Shown here in pieces: positions 1 through 9,941 of a stretch of 64,000 nucleotides of DNA; position 1 is the first letter of the stretch; every line of letters starts with the position of its first letter. The stretch is from positions 1 to 64,000 of IMG/VR virus record IMGVR_UViG_3300032579_000531. One strand, given 5' to 3'. The stretch is from a virus. The notes under the pieces are model-generated. The model saw nothing but the letters and a program-made list of their open reading frames with translations, had not been told where the DNA came from and searched no databases. The translations under genes were made by a program, and so were the position numbers.

Positions 1-2267
1 ACACTAACTGCATATCCTGCTGTTTGACTAGTTACCAAGCTATCACCTTTGGTAACAGGACCAGTAACTTGACATGGAATACGTCCACGCAAGGCCAACG
101 GTAATCCTTCTGCTTCACGATTCATTAAGTATGCTGGGTTAGTAGATATAGCACCTGCAACACGTGCGTCGGCAAATGTTGTAGTGGTTGTAATTTCCTT
201 GTCACCGCCAAATACAACAACGGTACCTGGTTGGTATTCAACATCGCCGACATAGTTTTCTGCCAAGTCGGCGTATAGTGCTGTAGTTGCTGTGGCAAAA
301 ATTGTATTAAACGCTGCACCGGCAGAACCAATATTACCTGTACCAGTTGTGCCACTGTGTACAATACTTGGAACTGTTAATCCAGATAGTGTTACTGTTC
401 CTAAATTACCATTGTAGCCAGGCAAGTAAGCGGCTACGTTGGAATTTGTATATGAACTAGCAACAATAGAAGCATTAGCGGCTGTAATGTTGGCACGTAA
501 TCCAGAGATCTCTGTTTCTTGCGTTGACGCATTGGCTGTCCATGCTGTAGTAACTGCATCAACATATGATTTCATTCCAGTGTTGGCTGTAACAATAGCG
601 GCATTGGCAGCAACAACGTTGGCAATCATTGCGGTGTTTAGAGTATTTACATAACTAACCACTGCGGCGTTAGCCGTAACGATAGCGGCGTTGGCACCGG
701 TAATTTGGTTACTTAAGGTAACTTCGTTAGCATTATTGGTCTGTATACTAGTATATAATACTGCGGTATTAGCTTGCCATGCATTGTTTACACTAACAAT
801 AGCGGCGTTGGCGGCAGTTACGTTGGCATTTGTGGCTGTTAATTGTGGAGTAGTTGCAACTCCAGACAATGCAATACCATTACCATTGAAATATGCAGCA
901 GTTACGTTACCGGTTGCAGTTTCAATCGATCCACTTATATTACCAATGAACCAAGGAGCAGTAATGTTACCGGACGTGGCTAAACTAGTTAAGTTATTGA
1001 TACTTGCACCAGACATGTTTAACTGACTAGTAACTGTTACTGTACCTGCACCAACTGATGTTGCACTTATTCCGTTTGTGTTGATAGATCCAGAACTACT
1101 AATTGTAGTGTTACCACTGCCTATGCTTAAACTACTAATATTGTTTTGTGCTCCATAAATCTGTCCAGTAAAACCAAACGCATTTACGTTACCACCAATA
1201 CCAACTCCGCCGTAGTAAACAACAGCGCCAGTTGTGGTACTGGTACTTGGAGTAACAGAAGTGTAAACAATGTTGCCTGTGATGGCTGCACCGGCAGTAT
1301 ACAGGGTACCAAATCCGGTTGATCCAGTTGTAAGAACTTGTCCGCCGTATGCAAAAATATTTCCGGTGACAGATAAATTACCAAGTACACTACCTGTAAC
1401 AGAAGCGTTACCGATGGTTGCAGTTGTTGATACAATGTTACCGTAATGAGTTGCAGCATACACGTTGCCAGCAACACCAACACCACCTGCAACAATTAAT
1501 GCACCAGTTGATGTACTTGTTGATACAGTTGTATTACTTAAGAATTGGCTACCAAATTGGGTATTACCATACACACCACCATAGTTAATACTGTTACCAG
1601 TAGTTGCATTAAATGGAGTTTGGTAATAGATAAAATTATCTGTTGCGGCTTGGAAACCAAAGTATGCGAAATTGTTTGCACCAGCTTGGTTATATTGGCC
1701 CAAGATACCAACGTCTTTAGGAACACCAACAACAACGTTTGGCTGTAACTCTAAGATACTTGCACTTGATTGTAAAGAAACAGTATTGACCTGAACCAAA
1801 CCTTGTGTGTATAAATTACGGAAGAAGTTACTTGGGCTACCCAAGTCGTAGGTTAAGTTTGCTGTGGGAATAATAGCTGCACCAACACTGACATTGCCGT
1901 TGAACTGGCTAGTTCCGGAGATAGTAATATTGCCTACGTAGGTATTACCACTGTGGATACTGGTGCCTAAACTGTAAAATCCATTATTGGCAGTTACATT
2001 TCCGCCGGTGATATTTCCGCTAAAACTTGCAGTGGTGCCTGTTGCATTTGCAACAAACAAATTACTAGTTGTGACGTAGTTTGTGTTTAGTTGTTGTTGA
2101 ACGTTTGCATTTAACCAGTCTTGAATTGGCTGTGCCAATTGTTGTGACACATTAGCAAAACTTTCGTTAACTTTAATAAATGCATCACGAATATCATCGC
2201 CTGTACCGTCGTTAGGTCGAGTACCATCGTTAATACTTATAATTTGGTTAGGGTTCCAAAATGCCAT
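1..2267 (-). CDS. Tail fibre/baseplate-attached fibre protein with C-terminal autocleaving chaperone-like (peptidase G2-like) domain; 3' end outside window
   Basis: Not in ORF track (no stop in window). ATG at 2267 reads MAFWNPNQIISINDGTRPNDGTGDDIRDAFIKVNESF (T4 gp9/gp10-like motif); G/N/T-rich repeats, AANAAI coiled-coil repeats; C-term YADLAENY..YQPGTVVVFGGDKEI..STNPAYLMN..LALRGRIPCQV. Confidence 0.85.
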   Translation of the reverse strand, partial: MAFWNPNQIISINDGTRPNDGTGDDIRDAFIKVNESFANVSQQLAQPIQDWLNANVQQQLNTNYVTTSNLFVANATGTTASFSGNITGGNVTANNGFYSLGTSIHSGNTYVGNITISGTSQFNGNVSVGAAIIPTANLTYDLGSPSNFFRNLYTQGLVQVNTVSLQSSASILELQPNVVVGVPKDVGILGQYNQAGANNFAYFGFQAATDNFIYYQTPFNATTGNSINYGGVYGNTQFGSQFLSNTTVSTSTSTGALIVAGGVGVAGNVYAATHYGNIVSTTATIGNASVTGSVLGNLSVTGNIFAYGGQVLTTGSTGFGTLYTAGAAITGNIVYTSVTPSTSTTTGAVVYYGGVGIGGNVNAFGFTGQIYGAQNNISSLSIGSGNTTISSSGSINTNGISATSVGAGTVTVTSQLNMSGASINNLTSLATSGNITAPWFIGNISGSIETATGNVTAAYFNGNGIALSGVATTPQLTATNANVTAANAAIVSVNNAWQANTAVLYTSIQTNNANEVTLSNQITGANAAIVTANAAVVSYVNTLNTAMIANVVAANAAIVTANTGMKSYVDAVTTAWTANASTQETEISGLRANITAANASIVASSYTNSNVAAYLPGYNGNLGTVTLSGLTVPSIVHSGTTGTGNIGSAGAAFNTIFATATTALYADLAENYVGDVEYQPGTVVVFGGDKEITTTTTFADARVAGAISTNPAYLMNREAEGLPLALRGRIPCQVTGPVTKGDSLVTSQTAGYAVS

Positions 2268-2343
2268 AGCTCATTAATCCTTATATACGTTATTTATCGC
2301 ATATAAGGCAAAGCCAGTTTTGGTTTGGAATTAAGTAGGAGTA

Positions 2344-2670
2344 TTACTCAGGGCTAAAGCTAGATCCGCAACCACAGGATGTTACAGCATTGGGATTTTT
2401 GATGCTAAAACTACTGCCCATGTCAGATTCGACATAATCTATAACAGCACCTTGTAGGTAATTACTGCTCATAGAATCTACGTAGACAGTTACACCATCA
2501 ACTTCGATATCCCAATCATCCTCGGCTTGAGTATCGTCTAGGGTAAATCCATAGCTCATGCCTGAACAACCGCCGCCTTGTACAAATACTCGTAACTTAA
2601 GGTCAGGATTGTTTTCTTCTGCCAGGATATCTTTAATTTTTACTACTGCTGAGTCTGTTATTGTTATCAT
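2344..2670 (-). CDS. erpA: A-type Fe-S carrier protein (ErpA/IscA/HesB family)
   Basis: [15 protein letters not shown] and [14 protein letters not shown] motifs. Confidence 0.92.
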   Translation of the reverse strand: MITITDSAVVKIKDILAEENNPDLKLRVFVQGGGCSGMSYGFTLDDTQAEDDWDIEVDGVTVYVDSMSSNYLQGAVIDYVESDMGSSFSIKNPNAVTSCGCGSSFSPE

Positions 2671-3212
2671 AATCTGCGGTTAACAGCGGCCCAATCAATG
2701 ATGCGCCAAATGTTATCTAAATACTTGTCTTTTTTACTACCGTAATCATTTTGAAAAGCGTGTTCCCACATATCAACTAGTAGTGCTATGTCAGTACGTT
2801 TTGCATGATTGTGTATTGTTTTAATTTGCCCGGATTTGCTTAGATAGCACCAACCCGACCCTTGAATCTTCATTGCTTCCGCTTTGAAGTTCTTTTTAAA
2901 GTCTACAAAGTTAGTATGGTGGCGATTGATAATATCTAAAATCTGTCCATGCGGTTTACTTACGCCAGGATGTTTAAATTGACTAAAGAATATACTGTGC
3001 AAATAAGCACCAGCTTCATTGAAATTGCGATCACCTTCGTGTTTATTAAAGCGATCAACATATCCTTTATACAACTTACCATAGTGCAAATCAATAAGCG
3101 CAGAACTCATTACAGGAGCCAATGCTGTACGAGCATAAGGCAGTTTAATCTGCTCTAGGTTGCCTTTTTCTTTTGCTTCTAGGAGGTCTATTGTTTTGCG
3201 TATATCGTTCAT
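2667..3212 (-). CDS. Fe/Mn superoxide dismutase
   Basis: LPY..AL.P, LHYGK, LHSIF, GSGW, DMWEHA; all four metal ligands recognisable. Confidence 0.9.
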   Translation of the reverse strand: MNDIRKTIDLLEAKEKGNLEQIKLPYARTALAPVMSSALIDLHYGKLYKGYVDRFNKHEGDRNFNEAGAYLHSIFFSQFKHPGVSKPHGQILDIINRHHTNFVDFKKNFKAEAMKIQGSGWCYLSKSGQIKTIHNHAKRTDIALLVDMWEHAFQNDYGSKKDKYLDNIWRIIDWAAVNRRL

Positions 3213-3216
3213 ACTA

Positions 3217-3435
3217 CTATTTATTACGATATACCACTCTACCGCGATTCATATCGTAAGGGCTCATTTCAACATCAACTGAGTCGCCTAGTAATATGCG
3301 TATATTATTTTGTCTTAATCTACCGCCGATTGTGGCAGTAATTTTATGTCCATTTTCTAGAATTATTCGAAACATAGCGTTTGGCAAACATTCTTCGACG
3401 ATACCCGACATTTCAATTGTATCTTCTTTTGCTAT
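3217..3435 (-). CDS. infA: Translation initiation factor IF-1 (probable AUA start)
   Basis: (M)[44 protein letters not shown]; 72 aa from ATA at 3435 with SD AAGGGG upstream. Confidence 0.93.
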   Translation of the reverse strand: MAKEDTIEMSGIVEECLPNAMFRIILENGHKITATIGGRLRQNNIRILLGDSVDVEMSPYDMNRGRVVYRNK

Positions 3436-3464
3436 TTTAATTCCCCTTTATATATGTATATTAT

Positions 3465-3863
3465 TTATCGCCGCATGGTACTGATATCAACTGCTTCTTC
3501 GTTGCTAAACACAGGAATACCATTTGATTTGTGTAAGGTAGAAATACCAAGTACCTTGGTACCGGTGTATTCTTGGTTGGGCGCAGTTGTGCAAGCAACC
3601 CATCCAGTATCTCGACTGGCAATGTGCGGAGTTTCGCGACCGGGTGGAGTTCGCGGAGCACCCATAGACCAGTCAGTTTTGCGTTTGGGTGCAGGCTTGT
3701 TATTACTAAATCTAGGTTTCATTCGATCAAACTCTTTTAGCTTGAGTTCCCAGTCAGTCTTGCGCTGTTCGGCCTTATGTTTAGCTTCAGCGGATTCCCA
3801 CTTTTTGGGACCTTTCTTTTTACCGGTGGTACTGAGCCACGGGCCTTCTAGATGCATTGTCAT
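3465..3863 (-). CDS. Hypothetical basic phage protein
   Basis: ORF with YTGTKVLGISTLHKSNGIPVF motif; sigma70-like promoter immediately upstream. Confidence 0.7.
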   Translation of the reverse strand: MTMHLEGPWLSTTGKKKGPKKWESAEAKHKAEQRKTDWELKLKEFDRMKPRFSNNKPAPKRKTDWSMGAPRTPPGRETPHIASRDTGWVACTTAPNQEYTGTKVLGISTLHKSNGIPVFSNEEAVDISTMRR

Positions 3864-3878
3864 AGTAAGTATTATAGC

Positions 3879-4232
3879 TTATTTAGATTTATCGGTCGAC
3901 TGTGGAATCCAGTTGTGCTTGGCACACAGGATATGATTCAATGATTCAAAGTAAAAAATGTGATCGGGATAGCGTGATTTAAGTACAGTGATAATCTCTT
4001 CATCGGACTTGCCCTGCCCTAGAAACTTGTTGTTGTCCTGATCAAACCAGTAATAAACATCGTTATGCTTTTCTACTTTGACACGGTGTACAATCTCATC
4101 CAGGCGTTTAACCAGTTGGTCGTGTAGTAAATCCGCAGAGGATTTGTAATGATTTGTAATCCCGATAATGAGTTGCACAATAAAATACGTGCAAGCAAGC
4201 CAGAGTAATAATAGAGTGGTATCTTCGAACAT
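3879..4232 (-). CDS. Hypothetical membrane-anchored protein
   Basis: N-terminal hydrophobic helix; co-directional with neighbours. Confidence 0.6.
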   Translation of the reverse strand: MFEDTTLLLLWLACTYFIVQLIIGITNHYKSSADLLHDQLVKRLDEIVHRVKVEKHNDVYYWFDQDNNKFLGQGKSDEEIITVLKSRYPDHIFYFESLNHILCAKHNWIPQSTDKSK

Positions 4233-4236
4233 AAAA

Positions 4237-4482
4237 TTATTTATTTTTTAAACTCTCTTTGATCTTGTCTTGGCTTTCTAAGATACCTGCTTGGATTTTA
4301 ATCATGTTGTATGTGGCAAACAGACAGAATCCAGCTAAAAGAGTTCCAATGACCTGAGTCGCAGTTGGTTGAATATACAGTAATACTTCAGCAGTTATCA
4401 TGCCAACGACAGCAGCAAATGCGAAATATCCCAAGGTTTGAGCGGTTGCTTTTACTACATACTTATTAATTTTCATATACAT
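4237..4482 (-). CDS. Hypothetical membrane protein (2 TM)
   Basis: Two hydrophobic segments; SD AAGGA. Confidence 0.6.
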   Translation of the reverse strand: MYMKINKYVVKATAQTLGYFAFAAVVGMITAEVLLYIQPTATQVIGTLLAGFCLFATYNMIKIQAGILESQDKIKESLKNK

Positions 4483-4522
4483 CCTTTTCCGAAGTTATTG
4501 TTAATTTTCTACTACAACTACA

Positions 4523-6019
4523 TTATATAGCATTATGGGAATTAATGGTCAACTTACGCACAAACCCATATACACTATAGGCTATAAACACACCAATGAT
4601 CACCAGCATTGTAGCACTAATCGGACTGGTCCAAAATGGGCTAAAATCTCCTCTTGATATTGTCATTTCTCTGCGGAAGTTTTCTTCCAACATAGGGCCC
4701 AGAATAAAGCCCAGCATTAAGGGTGCAGCCTCCATACCCAACTTCAGGAACGTATATCCGATTATACCAAAGACTACCGTGGTATATATATCTTCAATAT
4801 TGTTGTTGGTACTGTAGGTGCCGAGACAACAAAAGAATAAAATACACGGGAATAGTACTGCATACGGAATCTTGAATACTGTTAACCAAAGTCTAACCAT
4901 TGGTACATTCAAGATAAGCAAGAATACATTGCCAATCCACATACTTGCAATTAGTCCCCAAAATACGTCTGGGTGCCTGTCAATCATCTGCGGGCCCGGA
5001 GTAATACCTTTGATCATTAACGCACCTAGTATCAGAGCCATAACAGCATTTTCTGGGATACCTATTGACATCAGGGGAATAAAACTTGTACGAGCCGCGG
5101 CTTCATCAGCGGCCGCCTGTCCGGCTACTCCTTCAATGGCTCCGGTTCCTATTTCATCTCTATACTTGCTGAACTTTTTATCTATGGCATAAGCACCGTA
5201 TTGAGCAATAGTAGGACCGCCGCCAGGTAACAGGCCCAAGAAACTACCCACAATACTACCACGCAGGGCCGACGGAATAATACGTTTAAATTCGGCCCAA
5301 GTCGGCATTAATTTAATATTGCCAGTAAAAGGTGTACGCTCATCTCGTTTATCTAAGTTGCTGACAATTTCTGCAAGCCCAAAGCAACCAATGGCAATAC
5401 TAACTATTCCCACACCGTCCATCAAAAAAGGAAATCCCATTGTATAACGTGTAACACCACTATTGACGTCAGTACCAATCATGCCCAGCAGTACTCCGAT
5501 ACACACCATGCCCAGACCATTGACCAAACTACCAGTGGTAATTAAACTGACGCAGACAAATCCTAGCAACATTAACATTACATATTCTGTAGGACCAAAC
5601 AGGAATGCCACATCGCCTAGCATAGGAGCAAACGCCACAACAATAACAGCCGACACAGTTCCACCAATAAAACTACTGACACCTGCTGTAAACAGGGCAA
5701 GACCGGTGCGTCCTTGTAGGTGCATTTGATATCCGTCAATGCAGGCAACAATACTACTGGCATGCGGAATCTTCATGGTAATAGCACTTACACTATCTCC
5801 GTATTGTGCGCCATAGTAAATACCTGCCAACATAATAATAGCACCGGTTGTTGGCATTGCATAAGTCAATGGTAACAATAAACTAATGGTAGCAATCGGG
5901 CCCAGGCCGGGTAATAATCCGATCAAGGTTCCCACAAAGCACCCAATGGCGCAGTACATTAAATTTTGTACAGTAAATGCTGTGTCAAATCCCGATGCAA
6001 GGTGTGCAAGTATATCCAT
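4523..6019 (-). CDS. tctA: Tripartite tricarboxylate transporter large permease TctA
   Basis: 498 aa polytopic; GTLIGLLPGLGP, AGIYYGAQYG, GLLPGGG, GITPGP, LGFILGPMLEENFRR. Confidence 0.95.
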   Translation of the reverse strand: MDILAHLASGFDTAFTVQNLMYCAIGCFVGTLIGLLPGLGPIATISLLLPLTYAMPTTGAIIMLAGIYYGAQYGDSVSAITMKIPHASSIVACIDGYQMHLQGRTGLALFTAGVSSFIGGTVSAVIVVAFAPMLGDVAFLFGPTEYVMLMLLGFVCVSLITTGSLVNGLGMVCIGVLLGMIGTDVNSGVTRYTMGFPFLMDGVGIVSIAIGCFGLAEIVSNLDKRDERTPFTGNIKLMPTWAEFKRIIPSALRGSIVGSFLGLLPGGGPTIAQYGAYAIDKKFSKYRDEIGTGAIEGVAGQAAADEAAARTSFIPLMSIGIPENAVMALILGALMIKGITPGPQMIDRHPDVFWGLIASMWIGNVFLLILNVPMVRLWLTVFKIPYAVLFPCILFFCCLGTYSTNNNIEDIYTTVVFGIIGYTFLKLGMEAAPLMLGFILGPMLEENFRREMTISRGDFSPFWTSPISATMLVIIGVFIAYSVYGFVRKLTINSHNAI

Positions 6020-6435
6020 TATAGTGGTAAATTTAATCCAAGTAAATATTTGAATGCAAGTGTAATCAATACCAGCCCTATAGTAATTTTAATAACTCTT
6101 GCAATAGAGTAAGTTGATGCAGCAGTCGATGCAACTGAAGCAAGTATTACAATACCTAAGATCATGCCGCAGTATTCAGTAGCTACAGCAAACCCAAGTA
6201 GTGCCAGGGAAATAATAATAATGTTTCTAAATTTAAAATCAACCGGTACTGCATCTATCAAGCGACTTTTAATAATGATAATCAGTCCTAGTACAAGTAA
6301 GAATACACTGACTGCAATAGGAAACAGTCCTGCGCCCGGATCGGCAAAGTTGCCAACAGTATATCTAAATCCATTGAGGCCAAACACAATAGAAAACACA
6401 ATGAACAGTATACCAGTTAATAAGTTTTTATTCAT
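6019..6435 (-). CDS. tctB: Tripartite tricarboxylate transporter small subunit TctB
   Basis: 4-5 TM, PGAGLFP and FKYLLGLNLP motifs, coupled to tctA. Confidence 0.85.
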   Translation of the reverse strand: MNKNLLTGILFIVFSIVFGLNGFRYTVGNFADPGAGLFPIAVSVFLLVLGLIIIIKSRLIDAVPVDFKFRNIIIISLALLGFAVATEYCGMILGIVILASVASTAASTYSIARVIKITIGLVLITLAFKYLLGLNLPL

Positions 6436-6677
6436 TGTTCTATCCACCCTTTAATTATTTCCATTGCTTTGACATTGTTGGTTTCATAGTATAATCTAAC
6501 ACTTTGTTGTTTACCTAAATCTCCATCATTGTTCCAGATCTTATCTACTTCGTTAAAGTAGTTTAGGAAGCCTTGTCCTAGTCTATAGTCTGGACTTTTA
6601 AGTAATTGCCAAGCATAGTGCTCCTCAAATTCCGCCCACCGTTCTTTGGAGATTCGGTATTGATTTGGATTTGTCAT
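6432..6677 (-). CDS. Hypothetical phage protein
   Basis: YRLGQGFLNYF motif; overlaps both neighbours. Confidence 0.6.
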   Translation of the reverse strand: MTNPNQYRISKERWAEFEEHYAWQLLKSPDYRLGQGFLNYFNEVDKIWNNDGDLGKQQSVRLYYETNNVKAMEIIKGWIEQ

Positions 6678-6895
6678 GAATACTTTAAGCAGAATAAACT
6701 TACTGCTGGATTTTCGGGATCATAAAATCGCATTTCGATTGCTTCGTGCTTGGATGTATAATTGCAGTCGTAGTCACGTCGTTCTATTAGTCCGTGTTCT
6801 TTAAGTTCTTCTTTAATACGTAGGGTTTTAACGGCCCACATTTCTGTGCCACGTTCGTGTCTATCGTGTGGTATTCTAATTATCTTCATATCCAT
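6674..6895 (-). CDS. Small FxL[KR][WY]-family protein
   Basis: C-term EMRFYDPENPAVSLFCLKYS. Confidence 0.7.
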   Translation of the reverse strand: MDMKIIRIPHDRHERGTEMWAVKTLRIKEELKEHGLIERRDYDCNYTSKHEAIEMRFYDPENPAVSLFCLKYS

Positions 6896-7134
6896 TTCAA
6901 CCTAAACATGATCGCATCTGCTTCATCCATGTAGTATAGCGTATTATTGTGATAAAAGCAATTGGGCAAAGTTTCTTCACACCATATTTTTATTTTAGTT
7001 TGCGTGTATACCCAATCTGCTGGACCATAAACTTTCTTATAGTCATAATATTTCAGTTCTATTAGAAACTCGGCATCTAAGGAATCGGCCATTTGTTGAG
7101 CTAAATCATTTGCGATTGCATCTTCTAAGTTCAT
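6886..7134 (-). CDS. Small FxL[KR][WY]-family protein
   Basis: WCEETL; C-term YYMDEADAIMFRLKWI. Confidence 0.75.
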   Translation of the reverse strand: MNLEDAIANDLAQQMADSLDAEFLIELKYYDYKKVYGPADWVYTQTKIKIWCEETLPNCFYHNNTLYYMDEADAIMFRLKWI

Positions 7135-7349
7135 AGGTACTTTAATGTAAAAGAAGTTGCATCTGCAGGATTGTAAAATTCAAATTCTACACTGGGTAAT
7201 CGTAGTTCGTGGGTTTCCCAACTGTACCCTCCCTGTAAGAATCTATAACTAAAATCTGCGTGTTGACGCAAAGTTTGCCTGGGTTCTTGCACTATTTCTA
7301 TAGCACGGTTAGCATTAGTATTTTCTAGCACAATTATAGTCATAACCAT
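7131..7349 (-). CDS. Small FxL[KR][WY]-family protein
   Basis: C-term FEFYNPADATSFTLKYL. Confidence 0.75.
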   Translation of the reverse strand: MVMTIIVLENTNANRAIEIVQEPRQTLRQHADFSYRFLQGGYSWETHELRLPSVEFEFYNPADATSFTLKYL

Positions 7350-7576
7350 TTCAACTTGAAGTGCGTAGCATCTGCAGGCTGTTCAAATCTAAAACAAAAT
7401 CCTTCAGTGCTGTTAAATCCGTGTAAGTGATATCGCCCGCCTTCGGCTGTTTCGATCCAGTTGAGTATTTCCCTAATAGGATACCTAGGACCATCAAATA
7501 CATCTCGCCATAGTATTATAACTTCTTCCCAACTAGTGTGCGGGCCATTAATATGCTCAAACGGTATTTGTATCAT
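7340..7576 (-). CDS. Small FxL[KR][WY]-family protein
   Basis: WIETAEG; C-term FRFEQPADATHFKLKWL. Confidence 0.75.
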   Translation of the reverse strand: MIQIPFEHINGPHTSWEEVIILWRDVFDGPRYPIREILNWIETAEGGRYHLHGFNSTEGFCFRFEQPADATHFKLKWL

Positions 7577-7818
7577 TTAAACTTCAAGGTAAAGGCTGTT
7601 GCATCCGGTTCGTCAATAAACCAAAATGCCGCTATATAATCGTGTTGGTAGCTTGCATCTGAAGTATCTAACAATTCTGACCACATTAAACTTAAATCAT
7701 TTTCCCTACACCATTTCTTCATTTTCCACATTACGGTTTTAGGGTCAGCAATTACGACTTGATGGCATCGATCAAGTACAGCTTGCGGAGGAGTTAGGTC
7801 AACATTGTTTACATACAT
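7573..7818 (-). CDS. Small FxL[KR][WY]-family protein
   Basis: WCREND; C-term FWFIDEPDATAFTLKFK. Confidence 0.75.
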   Translation of the reverse strand: MYVNNVDLTPPQAVLDRCHQVVIADPKTVMWKMKKWCRENDLSLMWSELLDTSDASYQHDYIAAFWFIDEPDATAFTLKFK

Positions 7819-8108
7819 TATGTGTATTTCAACTTATAAAATGTGTACTTGGCTTCGTCTATAATTTCAAATGTTTGCCCAATCATGTTATCAGGACGGT
7901 GTATACGAAATCCGTATGTTTCTTCTAACCATGTAGCGAATCCTTCTAATTCAAACTTCAGCCCTTCTGCTATACGTATATTATCGTATTCAGCCTTGGC
8001 TATCTGTAATGAACGCCAATGGTCATACTTCTCAGCTGAATCTGCTCTAGGGATTAAAGAATCTATCCGAGCTTCAAAATCTGAATATAAGTGATTGTTA
8101 TTTGCCAT
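7818..8108 (-). CDS. Small FxL[KR][WY]-family protein
   Basis: WLEETYG; C-term FEIIDEAKYTFYKLKYT. Confidence 0.7.
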   Translation of the reverse strand: MANNNHLYSDFEARIDSLIPRADSAEKYDHWRSLQIAKAEYDNIRIAEGLKFELEGFATWLEETYGFRIHRPDNMIGQTFEIIDEAKYTFYKLKYT

Positions 8109-8304
8109 CTACATTATCCAATACTGATTTAGCATACCAGCCCATGCGGCCTTCTGGGTCCATGCGTTGTATATCTTCCAGGCCTGTTCTCATGAGTTCG
8201 TTTTGTTCTTGTAGGGTGTATATACGATTGCGTAGGTTGCCAGCTTGCATCCATGACATAAGCATAGATACAAACTTACCGGCTATAGCTGACCAATCAA
8301 TCAA
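8098..8304 (-). CDS. Hypothetical coiled-coil protein
   Basis: Overlapping ORF within array. Confidence 0.55.
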   Translation of the reverse strand: MIDWSAIAGKFVSMLMSWMQAGNLRNRIYTLQEQNELMRTGLEDIQRMDPEGRMGWYAKSVLDNVDGK

Positions 8305-8582
8305 TATTCATTCCTTAATATATCAAATGCATTGCCGTATTCGTATCGGTTGTATTTCATTACCGGAAACTTGCTGTCTGATTGCCACCGGCGATAGACA
8401 GTCTTACACCATTGCCAATTGCCGTGTATATCCCGAACAGGCCGCCAGGCAAACCACCGCTCCCATTTTGGCATTGCAGTTTTAACATCGTGTTCGGGAA
8501 CTATTCTCCAGTTGACGCCATCGTACATTTCCCAGTTATTAGTAGATGGGTTATAGCGTAATTTTCCAGCTTCTACAGTCAT
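8301..8582 (-). CDS. Trp-rich hypothetical protein (paralogue of 8579-8848)
   Basis: WERWFAWRPV..GNWQW..YGNAFDILR. Confidence 0.65.
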   Translation of the reverse strand: MTVEAGKLRYNPSTNNWEMYDGVNWRIVPEHDVKTAMPKWERWFAWRPVRDIHGNWQWCKTVYRRWQSDSKFPVMKYNRYEYGNAFDILRNEY

Positions 8583-8848
8583 CTATCGTCCTTCAACCTA
8601 TCAAAGTTGTCACCGTAGTATCTATGTACTCCACCTGGGCCAAAGCGTTCTGTGTACCAAATCCACTCACGCCAATACCAACGACCATTTATACATCTGG
8701 GTAGTATAGAACAGAAATGTTTGTGCCATATGGCTTTATCTCCACTAATTCTACTCATCTCTTTCCTAACTTGAATATCATCTAGTTGCCAAAGTACGTG
8801 TTGTTGTTTGTATTCCTCTGCATCAAATTTATAATCTTCTATGTCCAT
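8579..8848 (-). CDS. Trp-rich hypothetical protein (paralogue of 8301-8582)
   Basis: WHKHF..GRWYW..YGDNFDRLK. Confidence 0.65.
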   Translation of the reverse strand: MDIEDYKFDAEEYKQQHVLWQLDDIQVRKEMSRISGDKAIWHKHFCSILPRCINGRWYWREWIWYTERFGPGGVHRYYGDNFDRLKDDR

Positions 8849-9087
8849 TACTTAAACCTTAGTCTAAACATTATAGCATCTTGCTCGTTAGCAAACCAAT
8901 AACAATCTTCATGCGGGCCTTCCACAACCACTGCCATGGCAATATCCGGGAAATCTCTCCACCAAGCGGCATTCCATTGCCCGATATGCTCTAAACACCA
9001 AGGCTCGCAGTCTGAGTAATGACTGTAGGTTTTTACAGGCACGGTCAGTACAGGATTACGATCTATAGCCACCTCAGCATAAACCAA
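8848..9087 (-). CDS. Small FxL[KR][WY]-family protein
   Basis: WCLEHIG; C-term YWFANEQDAIMFRLRFK. Confidence 0.75.
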   Translation of the reverse strand: MVYAEVAIDRNPVLTVPVKTYSHYSDCEPWCLEHIGQWNAAWWRDFPDIAMAVVVEGPHEDCYWFANEQDAIMFRLRFK

Positions 9088-9287
9088 GTGTAGTCTTCGT
9101 CGCGATCAAATATATAATAAATTTCGCTACAATCGCTGTTGGAATCTGGCCTGCATCGAAACGCTTCGCGCCACCGCTGAGCATACTGGTTTGGCCGTTC
9201 TAAATGCTCAATCGGCAAGGTACGCTTGGCATTCCAAAACGCACGATTAAATGTATCGTCTAGCACATTAACTCGAATCATCCCCAC
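9063..9287 (-). CDS. Small FxL[KR][WY]-family protein
   Basis: C-term YIFDRDEDYTWFMLRWL. Confidence 0.75.
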   Translation of the reverse strand: MGMIRVNVLDDTFNRAFWNAKRTLPIEHLERPNQYAQRWREAFRCRPDSNSDCSEIYYIFDRDEDYTWFMLRWL

Positions 9288-9583
9288 CTTAGTAAAAACA
9301 TAGTACGATCTTGTTCCGTATTAAAATGTACAACCATACCCCGTTGTGTTATAGCACCATTACTTGCCTCAATCCATTGATCAATCTCTTTTTGATTTAT
9401 ATGCCACCAAGCATAATCTTCAATGATTAACAATAAGTCTCGGTCAATTGGAGACGTAGCAGGAATAAACTTGCCGCCTGTTTGTATTTGTATAACACCG
9501 TTAAGGAAGGTTAGTTCCTGTCCATTGTGTTCTACAGTAACTTGCTCGAGCGTTGGCGTCAGTTGTTTATAGATCTTTTTCAT
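9278..9583 (-). CDS. Small FxL[KR][WY]-family protein
   Basis: WIEASNG; C-term VHFNTEQDRTMFLLRWG. Confidence 0.75.
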   Translation of the reverse strand: MKKIYKQLTPTLEQVTVEHNGQELTFLNGVIQIQTGGKFIPATSPIDRDLLLIIEDYAWWHINQKEIDQWIEASNGAITQRGMVVHFNTEQDRTMFLLRWG

Positions 9584-9941
9584 ATATTAGTGTAATACGA
9601 TTAAGTGCTTGTCTAGGAGTAGTATGTCTTGTTTGTACATAGATCTGCCCGTCGGGGAAATCGTACGTTAGCATCCAATTAAAATAACGCTTATCGTATA
9701 TATGTCCTTCTTTGTACATTAAAGTTTCTACTAAGTTGGGTAATGTACGTTCTTCTGGATATATACCATCGGGACGTTTAATACGCTCAATTAAGATTTC
9801 CTCTTGTAATTCTCTGTAGGTTAGGGGCTCTACTACAATCTCTGTCCACAAGGGATTCTTACGTTCTCGATTTAGGACCGCAATCATGTCCTTGTCCCGC
9901 ATAATAAGTTTTACTTTCATAGCGTCTCTATATCCTTGCAA
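9567..9941 (-). CDS. Hypothetical protein
   Basis: Overlapping ORF in array; no family motif. Confidence 0.55.
   Translation of the reverse strand: MQGYRDAMKVKLIMRDKDMIAVLNRERKNPLWTEIVVEPLTYRELQEEILIERIKRPDGIYPEERTLPNLVETLMYKEGHIYDKRYFNWMLTYDFPDGQIYVQTRHTTPRQALNRITLIYEKDL

Noticed and set aside
125-1748. Short ORF-track calls at the left end
   Set aside because: Shadow frames of the single minus-strand fibre gene starting at 2267.
3454-3936. 160 aa plus-strand ORF and similar antisense ORFs across the window
   Set aside because: They overlap better-supported minus-strand genes and have no motifs or RBS.
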